A DNA stretch of 64,000 nt from an uncultured Acidimicrobiales bacterium (lineage in GTDB: Bacteria > Actinomycetota > Acidimicrobiia > Acidimicrobiales > UBA10347). Numbering within the stretch: the first letter of the stretch is position 1; each line of letters begins with the position of its first letter. Shown piece by piece: positions 57,082 through 64,000 of the stretch. Position numbers and translations under genes: made by a program. A model generated the notes under the pieces. It ran no database searches. It was not told the DNA's origin and worked only from the letters and a program-made list of their open reading frames with translations. Where the stretch lies: assembly GCA_963925805.1 (NCBI GenBank), contig CAWUSE010000013.1:1495-65494 (forward strand), in the 5' to 3' direction.

Positions 57082-59073
57082 GTGACGATGATGGCGCTGA
57101 TGCTGGGAATCGACACCGGTGGCACGTTCACCGACGCTGTCCTTGTCGACGATGGCGCCAGCAACGCCGTCGTGGCGTGGGCCAAGGCGCCAACCACCCA
57201 TCACGATCTGGCTATCGGCGTGGCCGGCGCCGTGCGAAATGTTCTAGCCAACGTGGGTTGTGAAAGCGCTGCCACCATCGCACTGGTGTCGGTCTCGACG
57301 ACATTGGCGACCAACGCCTTGGTTGAAGGGCACGGCGAACCCGCTGGTTTGTTCACCTTTGGTTTCTCTCGCGCCGAACTCGAGCGAACTGGGCTGAGTG
57401 TTGCGGTTGGGCCAGCGCTTCTTGTGCCCCTAGATGGTGGCCATGATGCCCACGGAAACGAGCGGTCACCCCTTGACCTGCGCGCTATCGAGCAGCGAGC
57501 CTGGGAGCTCGCAGGTCAGGTGTCCGCCTTTGCGGTTGCTGCTCAGTTCAGCGTGCGGAATCCCGGTCATGAACAAGAAGCAGCCGAGTTAATTCGCTCG
57601 GTGACTGGCTTACCCGTGACATCGAGCCATGAACTCAGTGCGAAACTCGACGGCCCCCGCCGCGCGCTCACTGCCGCTTTGAACGCACGCCTGCTTGGGA
57701 CGATCGACCGTCTTAACGTGGCCGTCGCCACGGTTCTGGCCGACAACAGCATCGATGCGCCACTCATGGTTGTGCGAGGCGACGGATCGCTAGTCTCGGC
57801 TGCCTTCGCTGGAGCCCGCCCGATTGAAACCATCTTGTCAGGCCCAGCGGCCAGTGTGGTCGGGGCTCTGCATCTTGCAGATTTACGTGAAGGCTTGGTA
57901 GTCGACATGGGCGGTACGACCACCGATGTTGCCGTGATCGTTAACGGGCGTCCGTCGATCACCGATGGGGGAGCGGTGGTGGGCAGCCACCGCACAATGG
58001 TCGAAGCGGTCGACATGACCACGGTTGGGTTGGGTGGTGACAGCGAGGTTCGCATCGACGCCACCGATGTTCTAGGCCCTGTTCTGCTTGGCCCCGAGCG
58101 AGCGATTCCGATCAGCCGTCTTGCCCTCGACTATCCGTCGGTCCATGCTGTTTTGGACCGTCAACTTGCCTCTTCTGGGTCGTTAACGAGCGACGGCCGT
58201 CTCTTGGTGTCCACCGCTCCAGCTGATGTTGAAATCAGCGATCTTCGTGAGGCTTCCGTGCTTGCCCGACTGGCATCTGGCCCAGCGCCGGTTAGCGAAG
58301 TAGCGACGTCTGCGCTGGAACAGCGCGCTGCTGTTCGGCTCCAAGCGCGTGGTCTCATTCGCGTGGCGACGATGACGCCGACCGATGCCAGCGCAATCGT
58401 GAATTTCGTGCCCAATGTCGATACCGAGGCGGCTCGCAAGGTCGCCGCGATCCTGGCACGGCAGATGAACCCGATGGGGGGTGTCGTGGCCGACCAAGCG
58501 ACGGCCTTGGCCCAACTCGTTATTGAAACGTTGAACCGGCGTTCTGCTGACTTCGTGTTGAGGGTTGCTCTCGACGCAGACGATGTCGACCATCGTGGCG
58601 GCGACGGCCTTCTTTCGGCATCTCTGGCCGGTCACCGCAAAGTGACGACTGTGCAGATCTCGCTGAGTTCGCCGCTAACCGCCATCGGGGCTCCAGCGGG
58701 CGCGTATTACCCGGCTGTTGCAGCGCTGGTCGGGACTTCAGCGTGCGTGCCGGATCACGCCGATGTTGCTAATGCAGTTGGCGCTGTTATTGGTCAGGTA
58801 CGGGTGCGTCGTAGCGCGACGATCACACAACCAAGTCGAGGCCAATTTCGGGTCCATCTGGATGGCCAGCCAACTTTTGGGTCGGTGGAGAATGCCCGCG
58901 TTGCGGCCAGAGACCTACTTCAAGTTGCAGCGTTAGTTGATGCTGAGTCTGCAGGGGCTTCGACGCCTGAACTGACCGAGACGTGGCAAGAACGCATTGC
59001 CCATATGAACGGCCAGGATGTTTTTGTTGAAGGCACGCTGACAGTTGAAGCATCTGGCCGTCCGCGCTTCTAG
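57082..59073 (+). CDS. hydantoinase/oxoprolinase-family protein (HyuA-like)
   Basis: 663 aa. N-terminal LGIDTGGTFTDAVLVDD (ASKHA phosphate-1 motif) and a second GGTTTDV motif. The start could be one of the nearby in-frame Met codons. Confidence 0.85.
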   Translation: MTMMALMLGIDTGGTFTDAVLVDDGASNAVVAWAKAPTTHHDLAIGVAGAVRNVLANVGCESAATIALVSVSTTLATNALVEGHGEPAGLFTFGFSRAELERTGLSVAVGPALLVPLDGGHDAHGNERSPLDLRAIEQRAWELAGQVSAFAVAAQFSVRNPGHEQEAAELIRSVTGLPVTSSHELSAKLDGPRRALTAALNARLLGTIDRLNVAVATVLADNSIDAPLMVVRGDGSLVSAAFAGARPIETILSGPAASVVGALHLADLREGLVVDMGGTTTDVAVIVNGRPSITDGGAVVGSHRTMVEAVDMTTVGLGGDSEVRIDATDVLGPVLLGPERAIPISRLALDYPSVHAVLDRQLASSGSLTSDGRLLVSTAPADVEISDLREASVLARLASGPAPVSEVATSALEQRAAVRLQARGLIRVATMTPTDASAIVNFVPNVDTEAARKVAAILARQMNPMGGVVADQATALAQLVIETLNRRSADFVLRVALDADDVDHRGGDGLLSASLAGHRKVTTVQISLSSPLTAIGAPAGAYYPAVAALVGTSACVPDHADVANAVGAVIGQVRVRRSATITQPSRGQFRVHLDGQPTFGSVENARVAARDLLQVAALVDAESAGASTPELTETWQERIAHMNGQDVFVEGTLTVEASGRPRF

Positions 59074-59120
59074 CGGGAGGGCAAAGACAGATGTAACGGG
59101 CGCCAGGCGCCTGTTCATGG

Positions 59121-59138
59121 TGAGCGAAGCGAATCCGG
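59121..59138. repeat. partial copy of the GAGCGAAGCGAATCC repeat
   Basis: TGAGCGAAGCGAATCCGG is identical to the core of 59193-59210, which lies 72 nt downstream. Confidence 0.8.
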
Positions 59139-59188
59139 GTGGTGGTGGGTTGTTGAAGTCGCTGGGATCGCAGAGTGTTTAGCTCGGG

Positions 59189-59215
59189 CAGGATGAGCGA
59201 AGCGAATCCGGACTA
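59189..59215. repeat. 27-nt intergenic repeat containing the quasi-hairpin GGATGAGCGAAGCGAATCC
   Basis: CAGGATGAGCGAAGCGAATCCGGACTA. Outer GGAT/ATCC and inner GC/GC are complementary around a GAA loop, with GA/GA opposed. It ends 6 nt from the MFS gene stop codon. Confidence 0.85.
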
Positions 59216-59220
59216 CCCGG

Positions 59221-60738
59221 CTACTGGTCTTCAGGGTTGAGTTCTTCGAGTTCGCGTTGTGAAGTTTCGGGGTAACGAGCGACGACGAATACGGCTAACA
59301 ATGGCACGATCGCGAGTACCGCGAATGCCTTGCCAAAGCTCCAATTCCAGTTTTCAGTTACTTGCCCAACAAAGACTAGGCCGATGACGCTGCCGACCAC
59401 GGCGACACAGGTGAGCATGCCGTTTGCTAGCCCTCGCCGTGAGGTCGGGAAGAGTTCGGGGCCGTAGACACCGAGTGCAGGGATTGTTGCTGCGCCCACG
59501 ATGGTGGCAAGCGAGCCAGTAATCCACATGATTGAGCCACCGAATCCGTAACGAAGGACGGCGAAACCAATGCCGCCGATGATTCCAATAATGCCAACCA
59601 CGCGTCGACCTCGGCGGTCGGCCTGGGGGCCTGCGATGGCGACACCGATCCCGATGGGTGTATTTACGATGGCGGCGTACAAGCTGATGCGGGTTGCTGA
59701 GAAGCCGCGCGTCTCGCGCAGGTACTCGTTCTGAAAGTTCGACGCTGGGGCGGAGAACATAGAGAGAGCCACACCAACGGTTGCCAACATGATGAAGCGT
59801 CGCTTCATGGTCGATGTGATCGGTGCTGGTGCCTCCTTGCGTTTGAGGTGAGCCTGGAATCTTCGTGACTCTTCGAGACGTTTCGACAAGCCAAACAGCA
59901 CCGGGAAGATGAGGATGGCTGCCAGGAATATGAGCCTCCATGCCCGGGGCCCGGTCCCGGCGAGGGGCAGAAGCCACAGCACCATTCCAGAGCCCAAGCC
60001 AGCGAACAATGTGAGGACAGAGGTAATCCATGCCCGTGACCCGGCAGGTGACTCTTCGGCGGCGATGACACCGATCAGAATGCCGAAGCCGGTGGCGAAA
60101 CCCCGTGACAATGTTTGAGTGCCTCCGAAGAACCAGATATTTGGAGACACGGCGGCGACGACAGCAAACAAGGTTGAAAGCGTTCCGGCAAGCAGGAGCA
60201 TGCGACGCCGCCCGACGCGGTCGGCCTCCCGGACAACGAGCAGCGCCAACAACGCTCCGCCTCTGGTCAAGCTCGTGACCCACCCCTGGGTCGATGTCCC
60301 CTTGTCGAACTCTTCGGCTACGAACGTGATCGTCTGCGATAACAACGTGCCTAGATATGCCGCAGCAAGAGCGGCAAAGATGAGCAGCGCGAACGACTGT
60401 GCTCCCTTTGCGTCGAAGCGTTCGGGCGGCGCCCAAAACGGTGCGTCGACACGGTGCGGACGTCGCAACTGCCAGCTGATAAGTGGCGAGGCGACCACTC
60501 GCCAAATTGGCAGCGCAAGCCTGTAGTCAATGGTCTCTGTGACGCGGTAAAGGCCATCGGCGTCGACCGATGATTGTTCCTCGACGTGGATCGCTCGGTG
60601 CCACTGTGTGAACGGGCCATCGGCGAAGCCGAAGCCGCCCGGGGTCGCGGTCTCTTCAACAAGCCAGTCGACCCGCGGGGTCTGCAGCTGTTGCAGGGCG
60701 TCCTGGTTTACCAGGTGCTGATTGACCACACGTGCCAT
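59221..60738 (-). CDS. MFS transporter with ~125-aa cytoplasmic N-terminal extension
   Basis: Track ORF trimmed to the Met of MARVVNQHLV. It has about 12 hydrophobic segments. MFS motif A copies are READRVGRRRMLL and GPQADRRGRRVVG. The 383-aa ORF 59354..60505 is an Arg-rich alternative frame. Confidence 0.85.
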   Translation of the reverse strand: MARVVNQHLVNQDALQQLQTPRVDWLVEETATPGGFGFADGPFTQWHRAIHVEEQSSVDADGLYRVTETIDYRLALPIWRVVASPLISWQLRRPHRVDAPFWAPPERFDAKGAQSFALLIFAALAAAYLGTLLSQTITFVAEEFDKGTSTQGWVTSLTRGGALLALLVVREADRVGRRRMLLLAGTLSTLFAVVAAVSPNIWFFGGTQTLSRGFATGFGILIGVIAAEESPAGSRAWITSVLTLFAGLGSGMVLWLLPLAGTGPRAWRLIFLAAILIFPVLFGLSKRLEESRRFQAHLKRKEAPAPITSTMKRRFIMLATVGVALSMFSAPASNFQNEYLRETRGFSATRISLYAAIVNTPIGIGVAIAGPQADRRGRRVVGIIGIIGGIGFAVLRYGFGGSIMWITGSLATIVGAATIPALGVYGPELFPTSRRGLANGMLTCVAVVGSVIGLVFVGQVTENWNWSFGKAFAVLAIVPLLAVFVVARYPETSQRELEELNPEDQ

Positions 60739-60876
60739 AACGTTCGCTCCGATCCTACCGGCGAGTCGGTGGGCCTGAAGTTCACCATTAGGGAACGGTC
60801 CCGGACGCCACCGCCGACCCTGTTGCAAGTTCTATGCTTGGTCGGTGAATCGACCCGAGAAAGCCGAGGCCCTGTC

Positions 60877-62181
60877 ATGAGCGAGAGTCTGCTGGTACGA
60901 GGCGGAAAGTCGCTGTCAGGTTCTATCACGCCGTCGGGCAACAAGAACGCCGTGTTGCCGATGCTGTGCGCGACATTGCTGACCGACGAGACGATGACGG
61001 TGCGCAACGTGCCAGACATCACCGATGTAAACAAGATCGTTGACTTCTTCGAGATGTTGGGGTCACAAGTGGAATGGGATCGCGACGCGAAGACCATCGA
61101 GGTCAATCATGGTGGCGCTGGATTGGACTCGCGGACAGTGATCGATGCGCTGCCACCTGGCATGCGCAGTTCCGTCATGCTCTTTGGCCCGTTACTTGCG
61201 CGAGTCGGCACGCTCAATGTCTCAGACGACGCTACGGGCTGTTCACTTGGAGCGCGCGAAGTCGATCCACATCTCGACATTCTGGAAGGCTTCGGTGCCA
61301 CCATTGAATGGGGTGAGCGGCGCGAGATCCGATTACCCGGGAGTTTCTCGGCGAACGAGCACTGGATGGATTACGCCTCGGTCACCACGACTGAGCACTT
61401 CGTCATGTGCGCAGCGCTCGCGAACGGCACATCGACGCTCGTCAACGCTGCGAGCGAACCGCATGTGCAAGACCTGTGCAAAGTGCTCGTCGAAATGGGT
61501 GCCAAGATCGTCGGCATCGGCACGTCGGTGCTGAAGATCGAAGGTGTGCCAGCCTTGAGGGGCGCCGACGTGCGTGTCAGCGATGACCACCACGAGATCT
61601 TCACCTTCTTGGCTATTGGTGCCATGACCGGCGGCGACGTAAGTGTCGAGCACTCTGTGCAGCACCACTTCCCGCTGATGGATCGCACCCTCGAGAAGTT
61701 CGGGGTTGAAGTCGAGCAGACTGCAACTGGGTCTCGCGTGTCAACGACTGAGCGGCTACGCGTCGAACAACCTCGAACCTCGCATCTGCTTCAAAAAGTC
61801 GAAGGTGCGCCCTGGCCATATTTCCCTGTTGACCTGATTCCACCCGTCGTCGCCCTAGCCACCGTCGCTGACGGCGACATGTTGTTTTGGAACAAGGTTT
61901 ACGAAGGTGCTTTCGGTTGGGTTCCCGAGCTGGCCAAATTCGGTGCGCAGGTCACGGTGTGTGACCCGCATCGAGTCATCGTGTTCGGCCGCGATGACCT
62001 GCGCCCCGCTGTCGTCGATGCGCCGTACATCATTCGCGTCACAATCGCGCTGTTCATGGTCGGTGCCAGTATCGACGGAGAGTCGATCATTCGAAATGCT
62101 TCGCCGGTGCGCCGGGCGCACCCAAATTTTGTCGAGAACCTGCGCTCGCTCGGAGCTGATGTCGAATGGGTAACCGAGTAG
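60877..62181 (+). CDS. murA: UDP-N-acetylglucosamine 1-carboxyvinyltransferase (MurA family, active-site Cys retained)
   Basis: Track ORF 60574..62181 trimmed to ATG 60877 (MSESLLVRGGKSLSGSITPSGNKNAVLPML). The active-site loop DATGCSLGAREVDPHL aligns with E. coli PGGCTIGARPVDLH. Confidence 0.88.
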   Translation: MSESLLVRGGKSLSGSITPSGNKNAVLPMLCATLLTDETMTVRNVPDITDVNKIVDFFEMLGSQVEWDRDAKTIEVNHGGAGLDSRTVIDALPPGMRSSVMLFGPLLARVGTLNVSDDATGCSLGAREVDPHLDILEGFGATIEWGERREIRLPGSFSANEHWMDYASVTTTEHFVMCAALANGTSTLVNAASEPHVQDLCKVLVEMGAKIVGIGTSVLKIEGVPALRGADVRVSDDHHEIFTFLAIGAMTGGDVSVEHSVQHHFPLMDRTLEKFGVEVEQTATGSRVSTTERLRVEQPRTSHLLQKVEGAPWPYFPVDLIPPVVALATVADGDMLFWNKVYEGAFGWVPELAKFGAQVTVCDPHRVIVFGRDDLRPAVVDAPYIIRVTIALFMVGASIDGESIIRNASPVRRAHPNFVENLRSLGADVEWVTE

Positions 62182-62329
62182 GGGCCCTACGAGGTGCTTC
62201 GTTATGGCTGTTTGAGGCTCGCGGGTTAGCGCTCCCGAGATCTTTGGCTCCAGCGGGCCGTATCAGTTCGCCAGCGGTATGCCAGCGTTCAACGTCCGAA
62301 GAAGGCCGATCTCAGATCGCCTAGGCGGG

Positions 62330-62494
62330 CTACTCGATATCGACTGGATCTGTTTCGACGGCCTCGACGTTCGCTTGAGCCAGCTTGGTGTTGGCCCGGC
62401 GGTTCGCCAGGAACAAGACGCCAGCGAACACTACTAATGGGCCGGCCACCATCAGGATCTCGTCCCAACCGCCGTCGTGCGCGATCAGGCTCAC
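62330..62494 (-). CDS. small single-pass membrane protein (hypothetical)
   Basis: GTG start (complement 62492-62494) overlaps the upstream gene stop as GTGA. 54 aa: VSLIAHDGGWDEILMVAGPLVVFAGVLFLANRRANTKLAQ..., one TM helix followed by a basic stretch. Confidence 0.45.
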   Translation of the reverse strand: MSLIAHDGGWDEILMVAGPLVVFAGVLFLANRRANTKLAQANVEAVETDPVDIE

Positions 62495-63039
62495 TGCGTA
62501 CCCCAGTTCGGGTATCGTTCCTTGGCGTAGCCCGATTCGATGCGTGTCTTGAGGCGCCGCAGATTGCCCTTCCATAGAGACTTGAGGATTGGCCGTGCTG
62601 CCATGGCGCCCAATGGTCCAGCGAAATACCAGGGAAACGTGAGTTGCTCAACCCACGAGAGAATCGTGTTCGAGCCGCTTGCACGCAATCGAAACTCGCC
62701 GGTGCCCGAGACGATGCCTTGATGGTGCACCTCTATGGCCTGGGTGTGTTTCCAGTTGGTTATCTCTATCACGTTGGCCATTCGGAAGGGCCCCACGACG
62801 GTCTTACATTCGAAGCGAGTCCCCACGCCGCTGTGACGATCTGTCAAGAAGCGGATCTCCTCGGTATCTTGAATCCAATCGACATAGTTGGCGATGTCGT
62901 GCACCTGGGACCACACGAATGCCACCGGAGCGTCGATGACGACTTCGATAGCGATGCCGGGCCGACGTGATGATCGGCGACTATCGCGAGTCTGCCTATC
63001 CCTTGAGAACCGTGCCACCGGATAAGCGTAGGTGTTCAT
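62491..63039 (-). CDS. SRPBCC-family protein
   Basis: 182 aa. IEVVIDAPVAFVWSQVHDIANYVDWI...GTGEFRLRASGSNTILSWVEQL is typical of polyketide cyclase/dehydrase-like SRPBCC proteins. Confidence 0.75.
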   Translation of the reverse strand: MNTYAYPVARFSRDRQTRDSRRSSRRPGIAIEVVIDAPVAFVWSQVHDIANYVDWIQDTEEIRFLTDRHSGVGTRFECKTVVGPFRMANVIEITNWKHTQAIEVHHQGIVSGTGEFRLRASGSNTILSWVEQLTFPWYFAGPLGAMAARPILKSLWKGNLRRLKTRIESGYAKERYPNWGTQ

Positions 63040-63421
63040 TGCTGGATAACCCGATGTGCGGGTTACTCGACCACGAGGCGCTCTTGGTCCTCTACGAACC
63101 TCTAATCGTCGTGAAAGTCGGCGTGATTCTATGAATCAAGGCCTGGGTAGAAGGCTCAACTGTCGTCATGACCGTCTCCCCATTACTCCTCTCGTGGAGG
63201 TCTCGCTAGTCGAAGCGCACCTCAGCAGCGTCTCTAGCGGGGCTTGTAGAACCGTGCTCGTAGAACCGTGATCGGCTCAAGGAGCCATTGCAGAAGCCAA
63301 TCATCGTTCGTTTGCGGCTGTGACTTGTCGCTTCTGTCACGAAGCGCGGTCGGAGAAATCCCCCAAATGGCCGGGCGGTGAGGCTCGAACACCGTGGTGT
63401 GAGACCTGCAACACTCCCGTT

Positions 63422-64000
63422 CTAGATCCGTTTGTACCAACTCACGTGGCGATGCCCGGAGTCATCAAACGGTGTGCCTAACCAATCGCTGTATCGCTCG
63501 AGGAGCACCATGCCGGCTGCGGTTGCGCTTGCGTCTAGTTCTTGCGGCGATTGGTAGAAAAGTCGCCACGGTCGACACACGATTGGTGAGCCCAACTCGA
63601 CATGACTCCCCACGATGACATCTGGCTCATCTAGATCTGGCCCAGTAATAATTGCTATACGGGCATCGGGGTCTGCCGGATGTTGTCGGATGCTGATACC
63701 AAATGGCGTTGCCTCGCTGGTCATAGCAATGAAGGATTCAACGGCTGCGACCCCGCCAGGACGGATGACACGGGCGATCTCGACAAAGCAGCGTTGCTGC
63801 TGCTCGTGACTATCCAGGTTTAACAATGTGTTGTATGCAATGAGAGCTGCATCAACGCTGTTGGAAGCAAGAGGGATAGCCGTCATGTCTGCTGCGATGG
63901 GTCGAGGGCCCGGTGCAGCGAATCCGAGCATCTGAAACGATGCGTCCAATGCAACGACCTGGAACCCTGCATCGTGCAGAGGCGATGCCAGCCGACCCGT
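63422..64000 (-). CDS. class I SAM-dependent methyltransferase (N-terminus beyond the window edge)
   Basis: The reverse frame stays open to the window end: ...TGRLASPLHDAGFQVVALDASFQMLGF...SVDAALIAYNTLLNL...IRPGGVAAVE. This is the post-motif-I to motif-III region of Rossmann-fold methyltransferases. The track shows only the part from an internal Met (63422..63949). Confidence 0.75.
   Translation of the reverse strand, partial: TGRLASPLHDAGFQVVALDASFQMLGFAAPGPRPIAADMTAIPLASNSVDAALIAYNTLLNLDSHEQQQRCFVEIARVIRPGGVAAVESFIAMTSEATPFGISIRQHPADPDARIAIITGPDLDEPDVIVGSHVELGSPIVCRPWRLFYQSPQELDASATAAGMVLLERYSDWLGTPFDDSGHRHVSWYKRI

Noticed and set aside
59354-60505. 383-aa minus-strand ORF inside the MFS gene
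   Set aside because: It is an alternative frame of the MFS gene, extremely Arg-rich (RRRR runs) with no hydrophobic segments. The other frame gives 12 TM segments and two MFS motif-A copies.

Overview
GC-rich bacterial chromosomal segment with Actinobacteria-type core synteny. That placement is inferred from gene order and protein motifs; no database was searched. The backbone runs tRNA-Thr, tRNA-Met, an ECF-size sigma factor, then tRNA-Trp-secE-nusG-rplK-rplA-rplJ-rplL. It continues with rpmE, a hypothetical gene, prfA-prmC-tsaC, and a complete F1Fo ATP synthase operon (atpZ-like, atpI, atpB, E, F, F', H, A, G, D, C). Flanking genes are metabolic or housekeeping: an ABC-2 exporter, SDRs, a 2OG oxygenase, an IlvD/Edd dehydratase, RecQ, YajQ, enoyl-CoA hydratase, two M20 hydrolases, RidA, GNAT, acyl-CoA dehydrogenase, glpX, hydantoinase, MFS and murA. 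I see no CRISPR array, intact mobile element or recognisable defence island. Five observations stand out. (1) Track ORFs 6360..6818 and 6837..7520 share a frame and are separated only by TGA. Read through, they give one GrdB-family protein with a U-x-x-C motif and a SECIS-like hairpin just downstream, so this is a probable selenoprotein, and it sits in a small redox gene cluster of unknown pathway. (2) The conserved N-terminus of ATP synthase gamma lies upstream of the first ATG. No canonical start is available there, and an ATT follows a strong Shine-Dalgarno sequence. (3) A fused Memo-AMMECR1 protein has substituted signature residues and is translationally coupled to a secreted alpha/beta hydrolase. 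(4) Short repeat families (a GGATGAGCGAAGCGAATCC quasi-hairpin and a 16-mer tandem) concentrate in gaps between convergent genes. (5) Several intergenic spacers hold decayed gene fragments: SDR, LMW phosphatase, HNH/DUF222 and possibly TetR. All family calls rest on motifs recognised by eye and need HMM/BLAST confirmation.
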